A stretch of DNA of 64,000 bases from contig DVOJ01000015.1 of assembly GCA_018713725.1 (NCBI GenBank), positions 84,390 to 148,389 on the forward strand, read 5' to 3'. Both the position numbers and the translations under genes were made by a program. This DNA is from Candidatus Caccopulliclostridium gallistercoris. Lineage in GTDB: Bacteria; Bacillota; Clostridia; Christensenellales; UBA1242. The notes under the pieces were generated by a model that was not told where the DNA came from, did not search any database, and worked only from the letters and a program-made list of their open reading frames with translations. Positions 1 to 8,009 of the stretch are shown one piece after another; the first letter of the stretch is position 1; every line of letters begins with the position of its first letter.

Positions 1-888
1 GATGTATTTGATTGGGAAAATGTAAGTGGATTTACAATAAGGCACTCAAGAAATCGTAAATTAGCATATTCATCACAAGATATTGATATAGATCAATTTA
101 CTCAGTTTATAACTAATAATAATATATCCATTGAATCTTTAAATGACTTTAAAAATTTCAAAGTAGATATAACATTTAGTGCAGATTCGGAAACTATCTC
201 CCAAGATTATTGGTCTTTATTTGATTGTATTTATTGTGAAGTTCAAATAGAAAATTCTAACTATGTTATAAACGGTGGTAAATTTTATAAAATTGATACA
301 AGCTATTGCAATAAAATAAATCAAGAATTTGAAGCACTTGTTCCAATTCAACCCTATCCTGAAAATTCAAAAACACAACGAGAAGACGAATATATTAATG
401 AACTATGCAATGAAATTAACTATAAAGATGATTTAGTTAATTTGGATAAAGTTTTTGTAAAGTTTGATGATAATATAGAAATATGTGACATTTATGATAA
501 AAAAAACAAAGCCTTTGTTCATATTAAAAAAGATGGTGCTTCTGCACATCTAAGTCATTTATATGCTCAAGCCAAAGTTTCTGCAAGAATATTATGCGAT
601 AATTCAAATATTGCTGAAATTAATAAAGTTTATAAAGAAAAAAGAAATTTTGAATTGGAACCTTTCAATAAAAATGATGTAAAAATAATAATGGCTATTA
701 TATCCAATAAGAAAATTGATAGTACTGGAAAAATAAATCTTCCATTTTTTAGTAAAATAAACTCTATACTTTCAAAAAATGAAATAGAAAGAATGGGATT
801 TACAAATGTAAAGTTTATGTTTATTCATTCTTCAGTTCCTTTAAATGATAAATCTAGAGATCAACGAGTAGTTGCTAATAATTTATAA
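1..888 (+). CDS. 3' part of a TIGR04141/DUF6119-like protein gene (5' end outside window)
   Basis: Frame 1 is open from base 1 to the stop at 886-888, so the listed ORF 442..888 is only its tail. The segment DNIEICDIYDKKNKAFVHIKK resembles the E-x-CD...H-x-K core I associate with this sporadically distributed family (recalled, not searched). It is very A+T-rich like the rest of the island. Confidence 0.5.
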   Translation, partial: DVFDWENVSGFTIRHSRNRKLAYSSQDIDIDQFTQFITNNNISIESLNDFKNFKVDITFSADSETISQDYWSLFDCIYCEVQIENSNYVINGGKFYKIDTSYCNKINQEFEALVPIQPYPENSKTQREDEYINELCNEINYKDDLVNLDKVFVKFDDNIEICDIYDKKNKAFVHIKKDGASAHLSHLYAQAKVSARILCDNSNIAEINKVYKEKRNFELEPFNKNDVKIIMAIISNKKIDSTGKINLPFFSKINSILSKNEIERMGFTNVKFMFIHSSVPLNDKSRDQRVVANNL

Positions 889-1451
889 AAACTACTTCGG
901 TTCATTTTAAGAGATGACAGGGCTTCGGCTAATGTTATCTCTTTTTTCTTATATTGATTTGCTATTATTGTAAAATTTTTTGGAAGTTTTAGTTTAGGGC
1001 GGCCTAGGTGCTTGCCCTTTTCTTTTGCTATTCTTATGCCTTCGGCTTGGCGCTTTTTTATGTTTTCTCTTTCGTTTTCAGCGACAAATGATAGAATTTG
1101 TAAAACTATATCACTTATGAATTTGCCGACTAAATTTTTACCTTCGGTTCGAGTGTCCAAAAGTGGCATATCTAAGACTTGAATATCAACATTCATATCG
1201 TTCACAAGTGTTCGCCATTCATCAATAATCATATCGTAATTACGCCCAAGTCTGTCAATGCTTTTGATTATAAGCAAGTCGCCAGTTTTAAGTATTTTCT
1301 TCAATTTTTGATACTCGTCTCTTTCAAAATCTTTACCACTTTGTTTGTCAATAAATATTGTTTTATCATTTAATCCTTGTGCATACATTTCCACAAGTTG
1401 TCTATCTATATTTTGTTCTTTTGTGCTAACACGCACATAACCATATTTCAT
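861..1451 (-). CDS. small serine recombinase (resolvase / DNA-invertase class, 196 aa)
   Basis: Has the catalytic N-terminal motif YVRVSTKEQNIDRQ, SIDRLGRN, the E-helix region ENERENIKKRQAEGI and a C-terminal HTH. Its size is typical of Hin/Gin/resolvase enzymes. It overlaps the previous gene convergently by 28 nt. Confidence 0.9.
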   Translation of the reverse strand: MKYGYVRVSTKEQNIDRQLVEMYAQGLNDKTIFIDKQSGKDFERDEYQKLKKILKTGDLLIIKSIDRLGRNYDMIIDEWRTLVNDMNVDIQVLDMPLLDTRTEGKNLVGKFISDIVLQILSFVAENERENIKKRQAEGIRIAKEKGKHLGRPKLKLPKNFTIIANQYKKKEITLAEALSSLKMNRSSFYKLLATTR

Positions 1452-1486
1452 AAAATCACCTCTATAGAATTATACCAAACAAAAAA

Positions 1487-1516
1487 GACTCCCACTTTAA
1501 AAGCGGGAGCCTTTTT
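1487..1516. terminator. bidirectional hairpin flanked by an A-run and a T-run, between the recombinase gene and the invertible segment
   Basis: Sequence is aaaaaaGACTCCCACtttaaaaGCGGGAGCCttttt. The stem is CTCCC/GGGAG plus flanking pairs, with A6 on the left and T5 on the right, so it could terminate in either direction. Confidence 0.45.
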
Positions 1517-1517
1517 C

Positions 1518-1538
1518 TGTCCAAAAAGGTGTACCTTT
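1518..1538. repeat. inverted repeat, left arm (IR-L) of the candidate inverton
   Basis: tgtccaaaaaggtgtaccttt matches the reverse complement of 1700..1720 at 20 of 21 positions. It has internal dyad symmetry, aaaggt-GT-accttt, as expected for a serine-recombinase dimer site with a central crossover dinucleotide. Confidence 0.8.
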
Positions 1539-1601
1539 ATATACTCCAACTTTTTATAAAGTTGTTGTGTATTTAACTCTTATTTTATTCTTTGTAAAGT
1601 C

Positions 1602-1629
1602 ATTATAACATATTTTTACATAATTTCCA
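1602..1629 (-). promoter_or_regulatory. extended -10 promoter inside the invertible core (currently reading leftward)
   Basis: The minus strand reads TGGAAA - 16 nt - TGtTATAAT. The TATAAT is the complement of 1602..1607, the TG motif lies at 1609..1610, and the -35-like hexamer is at 1624..1629. Confidence 0.45.
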
Positions 1630-1699
1630 TACGAAAATCGAAATTTTTCTTAATAAATAAACTAAAAATAGATTTCTCTATATTTTTCTAAAAATCCAC

Positions 1700-1720
1700 A
1701 AAGGTACACCTTTTTAGACA
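1700..1720. repeat. inverted repeat, right arm (IR-R) of the candidate inverton
   Basis: aaaggtacacctttttagaca is the reverse complement of IR-L apart from one mismatch. Its central dinucleotide is AC, the complement of the GT in IR-L, which means the two sites are in inverted orientation. Confidence 0.8.
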
Positions 1721-1757
1721 AAATTTTCTTTTTGGGGTTGTACCTAAAAGGAGATCT

Positions 1758-3761
1758 ATGTCAGGACAACCAGATATTGATATACGAGAAAATTATATTA
1801 AGTGCTTGGATACTGAGCTTTTAAGTATTTTGCTTAAAGATAGAAGTTCTGGCAAAAACATAATTTGGGCGACTGACATTTATGCAAGTAAAGGTGCGTC
1901 TTATGACTCGTGGGAGCCAATAACAGTGAAACAAATTACTGGCAGGTTTGGGAAAATAATAAGACCACGAGTAGATAAATCTCAAAAAGAACAGAAAATA
2001 AGAATAAAAGACAAAGCTGAAGTTTTTACACCTTCGTGGATATGCAATGAAATGAACAATCATCTTTGCGATGAATGGTTTGAGAAAAAAGATGTGTTTA
2101 ACACTGCAAAAGATAAAACTTGGATAGTTAATAATAACAAAATACCTTTCACAAACGAAAAAGATAAAACTTGGCAAGATTTTGTAAAACTAAAGGTTCT
2201 AGAAATTTCATGTGGGGAGGCGCCATTCCTCACTAGCCGATATGATACAACAACTGGCGAATGGATAGATGTAAACAACAGAATCGGTGCATTAGACAGA
2301 AAATTAAGAGTAATAAATGAAAATTGCAATTCTGAGCAAGATTGGTATAACTGGACACTTATCGCATTCAAATCAACTTTTGGCTATGAGTGGCAAGGCG
2401 ATAGTTTACTGATTGCAAGAGAAAATTTGCTATTCACATTTATAGATTATTATATCGCAAAATTTGGAATGTTTCCTATAAAAGAGTATTTGATAGAAGT
2501 TGCAAAAATACTTTCTTGGAATATATGGCAAATGGACGGACTAAAAGATGTTATTCCAAACAGTTGCAAACCTGTGCAAAAAAGACAAATGTCATTATTT
2601 GAAGATGAAGAGACAGAGCCTTGTTTAGGTTGTGCAAAAAACGATAACAGCAAGCACACTGGAATTTACTGCAAAATATTAAACTGGGAAACCAAAAGAT
2701 CAATTAAATTTTTCAAAGGAGAAAAGCGTATGAAATTTGATTTTGTTATAGGAAATCCACCTTATCAAATGGAAGATAAAGGAACAAACTCACAAAATTC
2801 AGTTGAAAGAACAAGTGCCATAGCTGTCTATCCATTTTTTGTAACTGAAGCGAAACATATTGCAAATATTGTCAGTTTGATTATTCCTAGTAGATGGATG
2901 ACCGGAGGTAAAGGTCTTGATAAATTTAGAACAGAAAATATAAATGATTGTCATTTTAGACTAATTCATGATTATGAGGATGATAAAGAATTGTTTCCCA
3001 ATACCGACATAGGTGGTGGTGTTATGTACTATGTTTGGGATAACAAATATTCAGGAATGGTTGATTATTTTTTTCATAATCATAGTGGTATAACAAGGAC
3101 AAAAAGATATTTGAATACTGGTAGTAATATAGTTATAAGGGATTATTCATCATCTATAATAGTTAATAAAATCGGTTATTCCAATAGTTTTATGGAACTA
3201 GTTTCTTCTCGTAACCCGTTCAATCTAAATGGGAATGCTCTAAACAATGAGCACAATTTTTCACAAGAAAAAAATGATACGAATTGCAAAATTTATTGTT
3301 GGGATGGGAACCCAACTATTAAATTTTTAAATAAAGAATTAATTTCCGAGAAGGTCCTACTCAACAACTTCAAAGTTTTCATTTCAAAGACAGCAGATCC
3401 CCCTATAAGATTTGGTAGAGAAAATAAAATGATATTAAGAAAACCTTTTTTAGGGTATCCAAATGAAGCTTGCAGTGAAACATATTTGACTATAGGAACT
3501 TACAAATCGCAGGAAGAACCTTTAAATATTATTAAATACATCAAAACAAAATTATTCAGATTTCTTGTTTTACAAAAAAAGAAAACCCAAAATGTTTCTC
3601 GTACAGTATTTGAATTTGTACCTTTACAAAGCTTTACTGAAAAATCAGATATCGATTGGTCAAAATCTATACATGAAATTGATTTGCAGTTATACAAAAA
3701 GTATGGATTAGACCAAAACGAAATTAACTTTATTGAATCTCATATAAAGGAGATGAAATAA
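1758..3761 (+). CDS. gamma-class N6-adenine DNA methyltransferase with a C-terminal target-recognition-like region (Eco57I-like family, 667 aa)
   Basis: Motif order is AEVFTPSWICNEM (motif X), VLEISCGEAPFL (motif I), FDFVIGNPPYQ (motif IV, NPPY), then IIPSRWMTGGKGLDKFR. An AAGGAG RBS sits 4 nt upstream. The stop overlaps the next start (TAATG). Confidence 0.85.
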   Translation: MSGQPDIDIRENYIKCLDTELLSILLKDRSSGKNIIWATDIYASKGASYDSWEPITVKQITGRFGKIIRPRVDKSQKEQKIRIKDKAEVFTPSWICNEMNNHLCDEWFEKKDVFNTAKDKTWIVNNNKIPFTNEKDKTWQDFVKLKVLEISCGEAPFLTSRYDTTTGEWIDVNNRIGALDRKLRVINENCNSEQDWYNWTLIAFKSTFGYEWQGDSLLIARENLLFTFIDYYIAKFGMFPIKEYLIEVAKILSWNIWQMDGLKDVIPNSCKPVQKRQMSLFEDEETEPCLGCAKNDNSKHTGIYCKILNWETKRSIKFFKGEKRMKFDFVIGNPPYQMEDKGTNSQNSVERTSAIAVYPFFVTEAKHIANIVSLIIPSRWMTGGKGLDKFRTENINDCHFRLIHDYEDDKELFPNTDIGGGVMYYVWDNKYSGMVDYFFHNHSGITRTKRYLNTGSNIVIRDYSSSIIVNKIGYSNSFMELVSSRNPFNLNGNALNNEHNFSQEKNDTNCKIYCWDGNPTIKFLNKELISEKVLLNNFKVFISKTADPPIRFGRENKMILRKPFLGYPNEACSETYLTIGTYKSQEEPLNIIKYIKTKLFRFLVLQKKKTQNVSRTVFEFVPLQSFTEKSDIDWSKSIHEIDLQLYKKYGLDQNEINFIESHIKEMK

Positions 3762-6700
3762 TGGCAAAGATAAAAGTTAAAACAACTGAAAAAGTTGCTC
3801 CAATGATATATGCTTACACCACTCCGGGGGTTGTATATCACGATGGTTGGACAAAGATTGGATACACTGAAAGAGATGTTGATGCAAGAATAAAAGAGCA
3901 GACACAAACAGTAGATGTTGTGGCAAAAAAAGAATGGCAAGACCTAGCAATTTTCTCTGATGGGAAAACTAGATTTACGGATAAAGAGTTTCATTCATAT
4001 CTAACTAAAAATGATATTAAAAGAAAAGACCCAAAACCTGATGCAGAAGGTTGCCCAGAATGGTTTTATATTTCTGGTGATGAATCATATATTTTGTTTG
4101 GCAAGTTTAAAAGAGATAAAGGTGTTTTGCAAACTTTAGGTGTTATCCCTTATGTTTTAAGAAAAGAACAAAAAGATGCAGTAAAACAAACAAAAGATTA
4201 CTTTTTAGACAACTCTCACAAAGCAGAATGTTTGTGGAATGCAAAGCCAAGATTTGGCAAAACATTATCAACCTATGATTTGTGTAAGGCACTCCCTGAC
4301 ATTAACAAAATACTTATTGTAACTAACAGACCTGCTATTGCAAACTCATGGTATGATGATTATGTTAAGTTTATGGGAACAGAATCTGGATATTATTTTG
4401 TAAGCAATGTTGATGGACTTAAAGATAAAAAATATGTATTATCAAGAGAAAAATATCTTGACCTAATATCTGAACCAAATCACAAAGGATGCATAGAATT
4501 TGTGTCTCTTCAAGACCTTAAAGGCTCAATATATTTTGGTGGTATGTTTGATAAACTTAGAGAAGTTGCAGACCTTGAATGGGATGTTTTGGTTATTGAT
4601 GAAGCACATGAAGGAGTTGATACATACAAAACCGATGTGGCATTTGACCAAATAAAAAGAAGATACACCCTTCACTTGTCTGGCACGCCTTTTAAAGCGA
4701 TTGCAAATGATAAATTTCCACCAAAAGCAATTTACAACTGGACTTATGCTGATGAGCAAAAAGCAAAGCACGAATGGAATGAATTAAGCGAAGAAGAAAA
4801 TCCTTATGCAAACTTGCCACAACTTAATTTGTTTACTTATAAAATGTCTGATATTGTTCGTGATAAAGTGGAACAAGGTGCTGACTTTGACAATGATGGA
4901 CAAAATGAAGCATTTTGCTGGGACTTAAACGACTTTTTTGACACAAATGCAAGTGGAGAATTTATACATAATGATGCAGTGGATAAGTTTCTTGATGCTT
5001 TAACGAAACAAGAAAAATTTCCATTTTCAACCGAAGATTTAAGAAAAGAATTAAAACACACATTGTGGCTGCTTAAATATGTTAGCAGTGCAAAGGCTCT
5101 TGCTAAAAAATTGCAAAATCATGAAGTTTTCAAAGATTACAAAATTGTCCTTACTGCTGGCGATGGTAAAATAGACAATGAAGGAAATTCTAGTGATGAA
5201 ATAAGTTTTGATAAGAATATCAAAAATTCTTATGACAAAGTTGTTGATGCAATAAAAAACAATGATAAAACAATTACTATTTCCGTAGGGCAACTTACAA
5301 CTGGCATTACTATTCCAGAGTGGACTGCTGTTATGATGCTTTCAAATGTAAAAAGCCCTGCACTATATATGCAATCAGCTTTTAGAGCACAGAATCCATG
5401 TTTGTTTAAAAATGAAAGTGAAAGTTACAGAAAACAAAATTCTTATGTATTTGACTTTGATCCTGCAAGAACGCTTACTATTGTTGAAGAATTTGCAAAT
5501 GACCTTATGGCTGATACAGCAAATGGTCGTGGCGACTCTGACACAAGGAAACAACATGTAAGAGAACTTCTTAACTTCTTCCCTGTATATGGCGAAGATC
5601 CAAATGGCGAAATGATTGAACTTGATGCTGAAAAAGTTTTATCTATCCCAAGATCAATTCATGCAAAAGAAGTTGTTCGCCGTGGATTTATGAGCAATTT
5701 CTTATTCCAAAATGTAGGCAATATATTCAATGCTCCAAAGGAAGTTTTGGATATTCTTCAAAAATTTGAACCCATCAAAGAGCCTGTTAGAATAAAAGAA
5801 GATACAAAAGAAGAACTTAATCTAGATGATGAAGGAAATGTTGTAATCCCAGAAGAACAAGTTATTGGAACTGCAAATGATGTTTTTGGAGAAAAGATTT
5901 ATGGAGATATTGAACAAAGTTTAATAGACACTGTTACAACAATTCAAAAAGAAAATGAAAGCACACATAGAAGAGATGAAAAACTTAATGCTCTTTTAGA
6001 GGCATTCCACACAAATATTACAGATACATTAGTTAAAACTGCAAAAGAAAATTATGGCAGTGATTTATCTAAATCTACTCAACAAGCACTTGTTAGAAAG
6101 ATAAACACAACGGCAGATACTTTTGTTAAAAAAGAATATGGCAATTATCAAATAAGCAACAACAAACTTGAAAATGAGCGATCAAAAGAACTTGAAAATG
6201 CAAAACAAACTGGAAATGTCCATAAGATTGCAGAAATAAATACAAAATTTGATGAAAAGAAAAAAGAAATTGAACATAACTTTATGAGTTCTATTCAATC
6301 TGAAGTTAAAAATGTTATTGATAATGCAGGTAGAACTATTGTTGATGTCGTTGAAACGGATAAAAAAGAAAAACAAAAAGATTCTTTAATGGATAATGTC
6401 CGTGACCATTTAAGAGGCTTTTCAAGGACTATCCCATCATTCTTGATGGCATACGGAGATGAAAATACAACTTTGGAAAATTTTGATAAAATAATACCGG
6501 ATGAAGTTTTTAAAGAAGTAACAAGTATTTCACTAGATGATTTTAGAAAGTTAAGAGATGGTTTTGATTATGTTGATGAAAACGGCGAAAACAAACATTA
6601 TAATGGATTTTTTGATTCAGTGGTTTTCAATGATTCAATAAAAGAATTTTTGAAGAAAAAACAAGATCTCGCAAATTACTTTGATGATAACTCAAAAGAA

Positions 6701-7123
6701 GATATTTTTGACTATATTCCACCTCAAAAGACTAACCAAATATTCACTCCAAAGAAAGTGGTAAAAGAAATGGTAGATAATCTTGAAAAAGAAAATCCAG
6801 GTTGCTTTGATGACCCAAATCATACTTTTATAGACCTTTATATGAAATCAGGACTTTATATTGCAGAAATTGTTAAAAGGCTTTATAGAAGTACAAATAT
6901 GAAAAAATTATATCCAAATGATGCCGACAGATTAAATCATATTTTTGCAAAGCAAGTGTATGGTTTAGCACCAACAGAAATCATCTACAGAATTGCAAAA
7001 TCCTTCATATTAGGTTTTGACAAAGATATAAAAATAGATAAACACAATCTAAAACAGTTTGATTCCCTGCCTTTTGCCCAAGATGGAGCACTTGAACAAA
7101 AACTTGATGAAGTGTTTGAATAA
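3761..7123 (+). CDS. fusion protein: N-terminal GIY-YIG-type (T5orf172-like) domain + SF2 DEAH helicase (type III Res-like) + K/E-rich linker + C-terminal partial methyltransferase-like fold (1120 aa)
   Basis: N-terminus is IYAYTTPG...GWTKIGYTERDVDARIKEQ...EWFYIS. Helicase motifs are PRFGKT (I), VIDEAHEG (II), LHLSGTPF (III) and MQSAFRAQNP (VI). The C-terminus has NQIFTPKKVVKEMV (motif X-like) and FIDLYMKSGLY (motif I-like) but no NPPY. Confidence 0.8.
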   Translation: MAKIKVKTTEKVAPMIYAYTTPGVVYHDGWTKIGYTERDVDARIKEQTQTVDVVAKKEWQDLAIFSDGKTRFTDKEFHSYLTKNDIKRKDPKPDAEGCPEWFYISGDESYILFGKFKRDKGVLQTLGVIPYVLRKEQKDAVKQTKDYFLDNSHKAECLWNAKPRFGKTLSTYDLCKALPDINKILIVTNRPAIANSWYDDYVKFMGTESGYYFVSNVDGLKDKKYVLSREKYLDLISEPNHKGCIEFVSLQDLKGSIYFGGMFDKLREVADLEWDVLVIDEAHEGVDTYKTDVAFDQIKRRYTLHLSGTPFKAIANDKFPPKAIYNWTYADEQKAKHEWNELSEEENPYANLPQLNLFTYKMSDIVRDKVEQGADFDNDGQNEAFCWDLNDFFDTNASGEFIHNDAVDKFLDALTKQEKFPFSTEDLRKELKHTLWLLKYVSSAKALAKKLQNHEVFKDYKIVLTAGDGKIDNEGNSSDEISFDKNIKNSYDKVVDAIKNNDKTITISVGQLTTGITIPEWTAVMMLSNVKSPALYMQSAFRAQNPCLFKNESESYRKQNSYVFDFDPARTLTIVEEFANDLMADTANGRGDSDTRKQHVRELLNFFPVYGEDPNGEMIELDAEKVLSIPRSIHAKEVVRRGFMSNFLFQNVGNIFNAPKEVLDILQKFEPIKEPVRIKEDTKEELNLDDEGNVVIPEEQVIGTANDVFGEKIYGDIEQSLIDTVTTIQKENESTHRRDEKLNALLEAFHTNITDTLVKTAKENYGSDLSKSTQQALVRKINTTADTFVKKEYGNYQISNNKLENERSKELENAKQTGNVHKIAEINTKFDEKKKEIEHNFMSSIQSEVKNVIDNAGRTIVDVVETDKKEKQKDSLMDNVRDHLRGFSRTIPSFLMAYGDENTTLENFDKIIPDEVFKEVTSISLDDFRKLRDGFDYVDENGENKHYNGFFDSVVFNDSIKEFLKKKQDLANYFDDNSKEDIFDYIPPQKTNQIFTPKKVVKEMVDNLEKENPGCFDDPNHTFIDLYMKSGLYIAEIVKRLYRSTNMKKLYPNDADRLNHIFAKQVYGLAPTEIIYRIAKSFILGFDKDIKIDKHNLKQFDSLPFAQDGALEQKLDEVFE

Positions 7124-7132
7124 ATAACAATA

Positions 7133-7168
7133 AGGTCAACTTCAAAAAGAGGTTGATCTTTTTATTTT
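7133..7168 (+). terminator. intrinsic terminator of the RM-like operon
   Basis: aggtcaacttc-aaaaa-gaggttgatct hairpin followed by tttttatttt, starting 10 nt after the stop codon. Confidence 0.65.
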
Positions 7169-7264
7169 CAAAACTACTCATTGCCTCTCTTTTTGAGATA
7201 AAAGAAAAAAATGACTGAAAAATATGACAATAAAATTGTATTTTGAAAAATAATTTATATGGCG

Positions 7265-7297
7265 AAATCTCTGATAAAATCAGAGATTTATTTTTTT
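7265..7297 (+). terminator. intrinsic-terminator-like hairpin in island non-coding DNA
   Basis: aaatctctg-ataaaat-cagagattt (perfect 9-bp stem) followed by attttttt. The upstream transcript is unknown. Confidence 0.45.
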
Positions 7298-7729
7298 ATG
7301 TAAAGAAATTTGATGTAAAAAGTGACTTATAAAACCCCTTATATAGAGGAGGTGTTTTTATGATTTGCAACAATGAAAGTGTAAGAAAATAAATGCTTAA
7401 TTTACTAAGCAGGAAAAGGAGTGACGCAAATTGTTTTTTATGTGGCTAAAACCCGCTAAATATAGACACTTTTAGTGCCGTCACACATTTTGTGCGTGCC
7501 AGCACATTGACTCAATTTTTCTCTCCGCTTTTCTCCACAACTGGGAAACCCAGTTTGTCGTCAAAGCACAACTGTATAAGCTTAGAAATTTTAAGTTAAA
7601 ATTTCTTCACTTTTTAAGTTGGCTTTTCCTCTCCCAAAAAGTTTACAAGTAATACTTTTTTATGGTCCCCATTATCTAATAAGAAAAAATTTCATTGCCC
7701 CTCTAATTGCAATGAAAAGGAAATCTTAT

Positions 7730-7948
7730 ATGAATAAAAATAAAAGTTTAAAGCTAACAAAAAATATATCTTTTTTAAACTTAAATTCTAATACACAAAA
7801 ACAATGTGATTTTGTGTTAGACAAAGCAGTATTAAAACAAGCAAGTGAAATATTTGCAAAAGATTTGTTTGATTACGCAAAGGCTGGTGGAGATATGAAA
7901 AGTATAAAACTTAAAAATGTTTATAGTAGCAATGTTTTATCAAAGTAA
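7730..7948 (+). CDS. hypothetical small protein (72 aa) upstream of the large serine recombinase
   Basis: ATG at 7730 lies 9 nt after AAAGG; an in-frame ATG at 7712 is an alternative start. The longer listed ORF (7619) has no start context. No recognisable motifs; position is compatible with an accessory or directionality factor, which is speculative. Confidence 0.3.
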   Translation: MNKNKSLKLTKNISFLNLNSNTQKQCDFVLDKAVLKQASEIFAKDLFDYAKAGGDMKSIKLKNVYSSNVLSK

Positions 7949-8009
7949 CACTGGACTTGTGAAATTGTTTGTGATATGTGTTTGTTAAATAGCAAAAAGG
8001 AGAATAAAT

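Larger units (their letters stand above)
1518..1720. promoter_or_regulatory. candidate invertible promoter segment (inverton) between the serine recombinase and the RM-like operon
   Basis: A 161-bp core is bounded by 21-bp IRs, directly adjacent to a Hin-size serine recombinase. The core holds one good promoter that now points away from the methyltransferase gene and into the hairpin at 1487..1516. I saw no convincing plus-strand promoter before 1758. Confidence 0.5.

Noticed and set aside
7298-7700. Non-coding RNA or attP-like site in the GC-richer patch of island non-coding DNA (~7430..7620)
   Set aside because: Only short generic hairpins are present (e.g. ctgggaaacccag), and I recognise no conserved family signature. 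I cannot support a call from the sequence alone.
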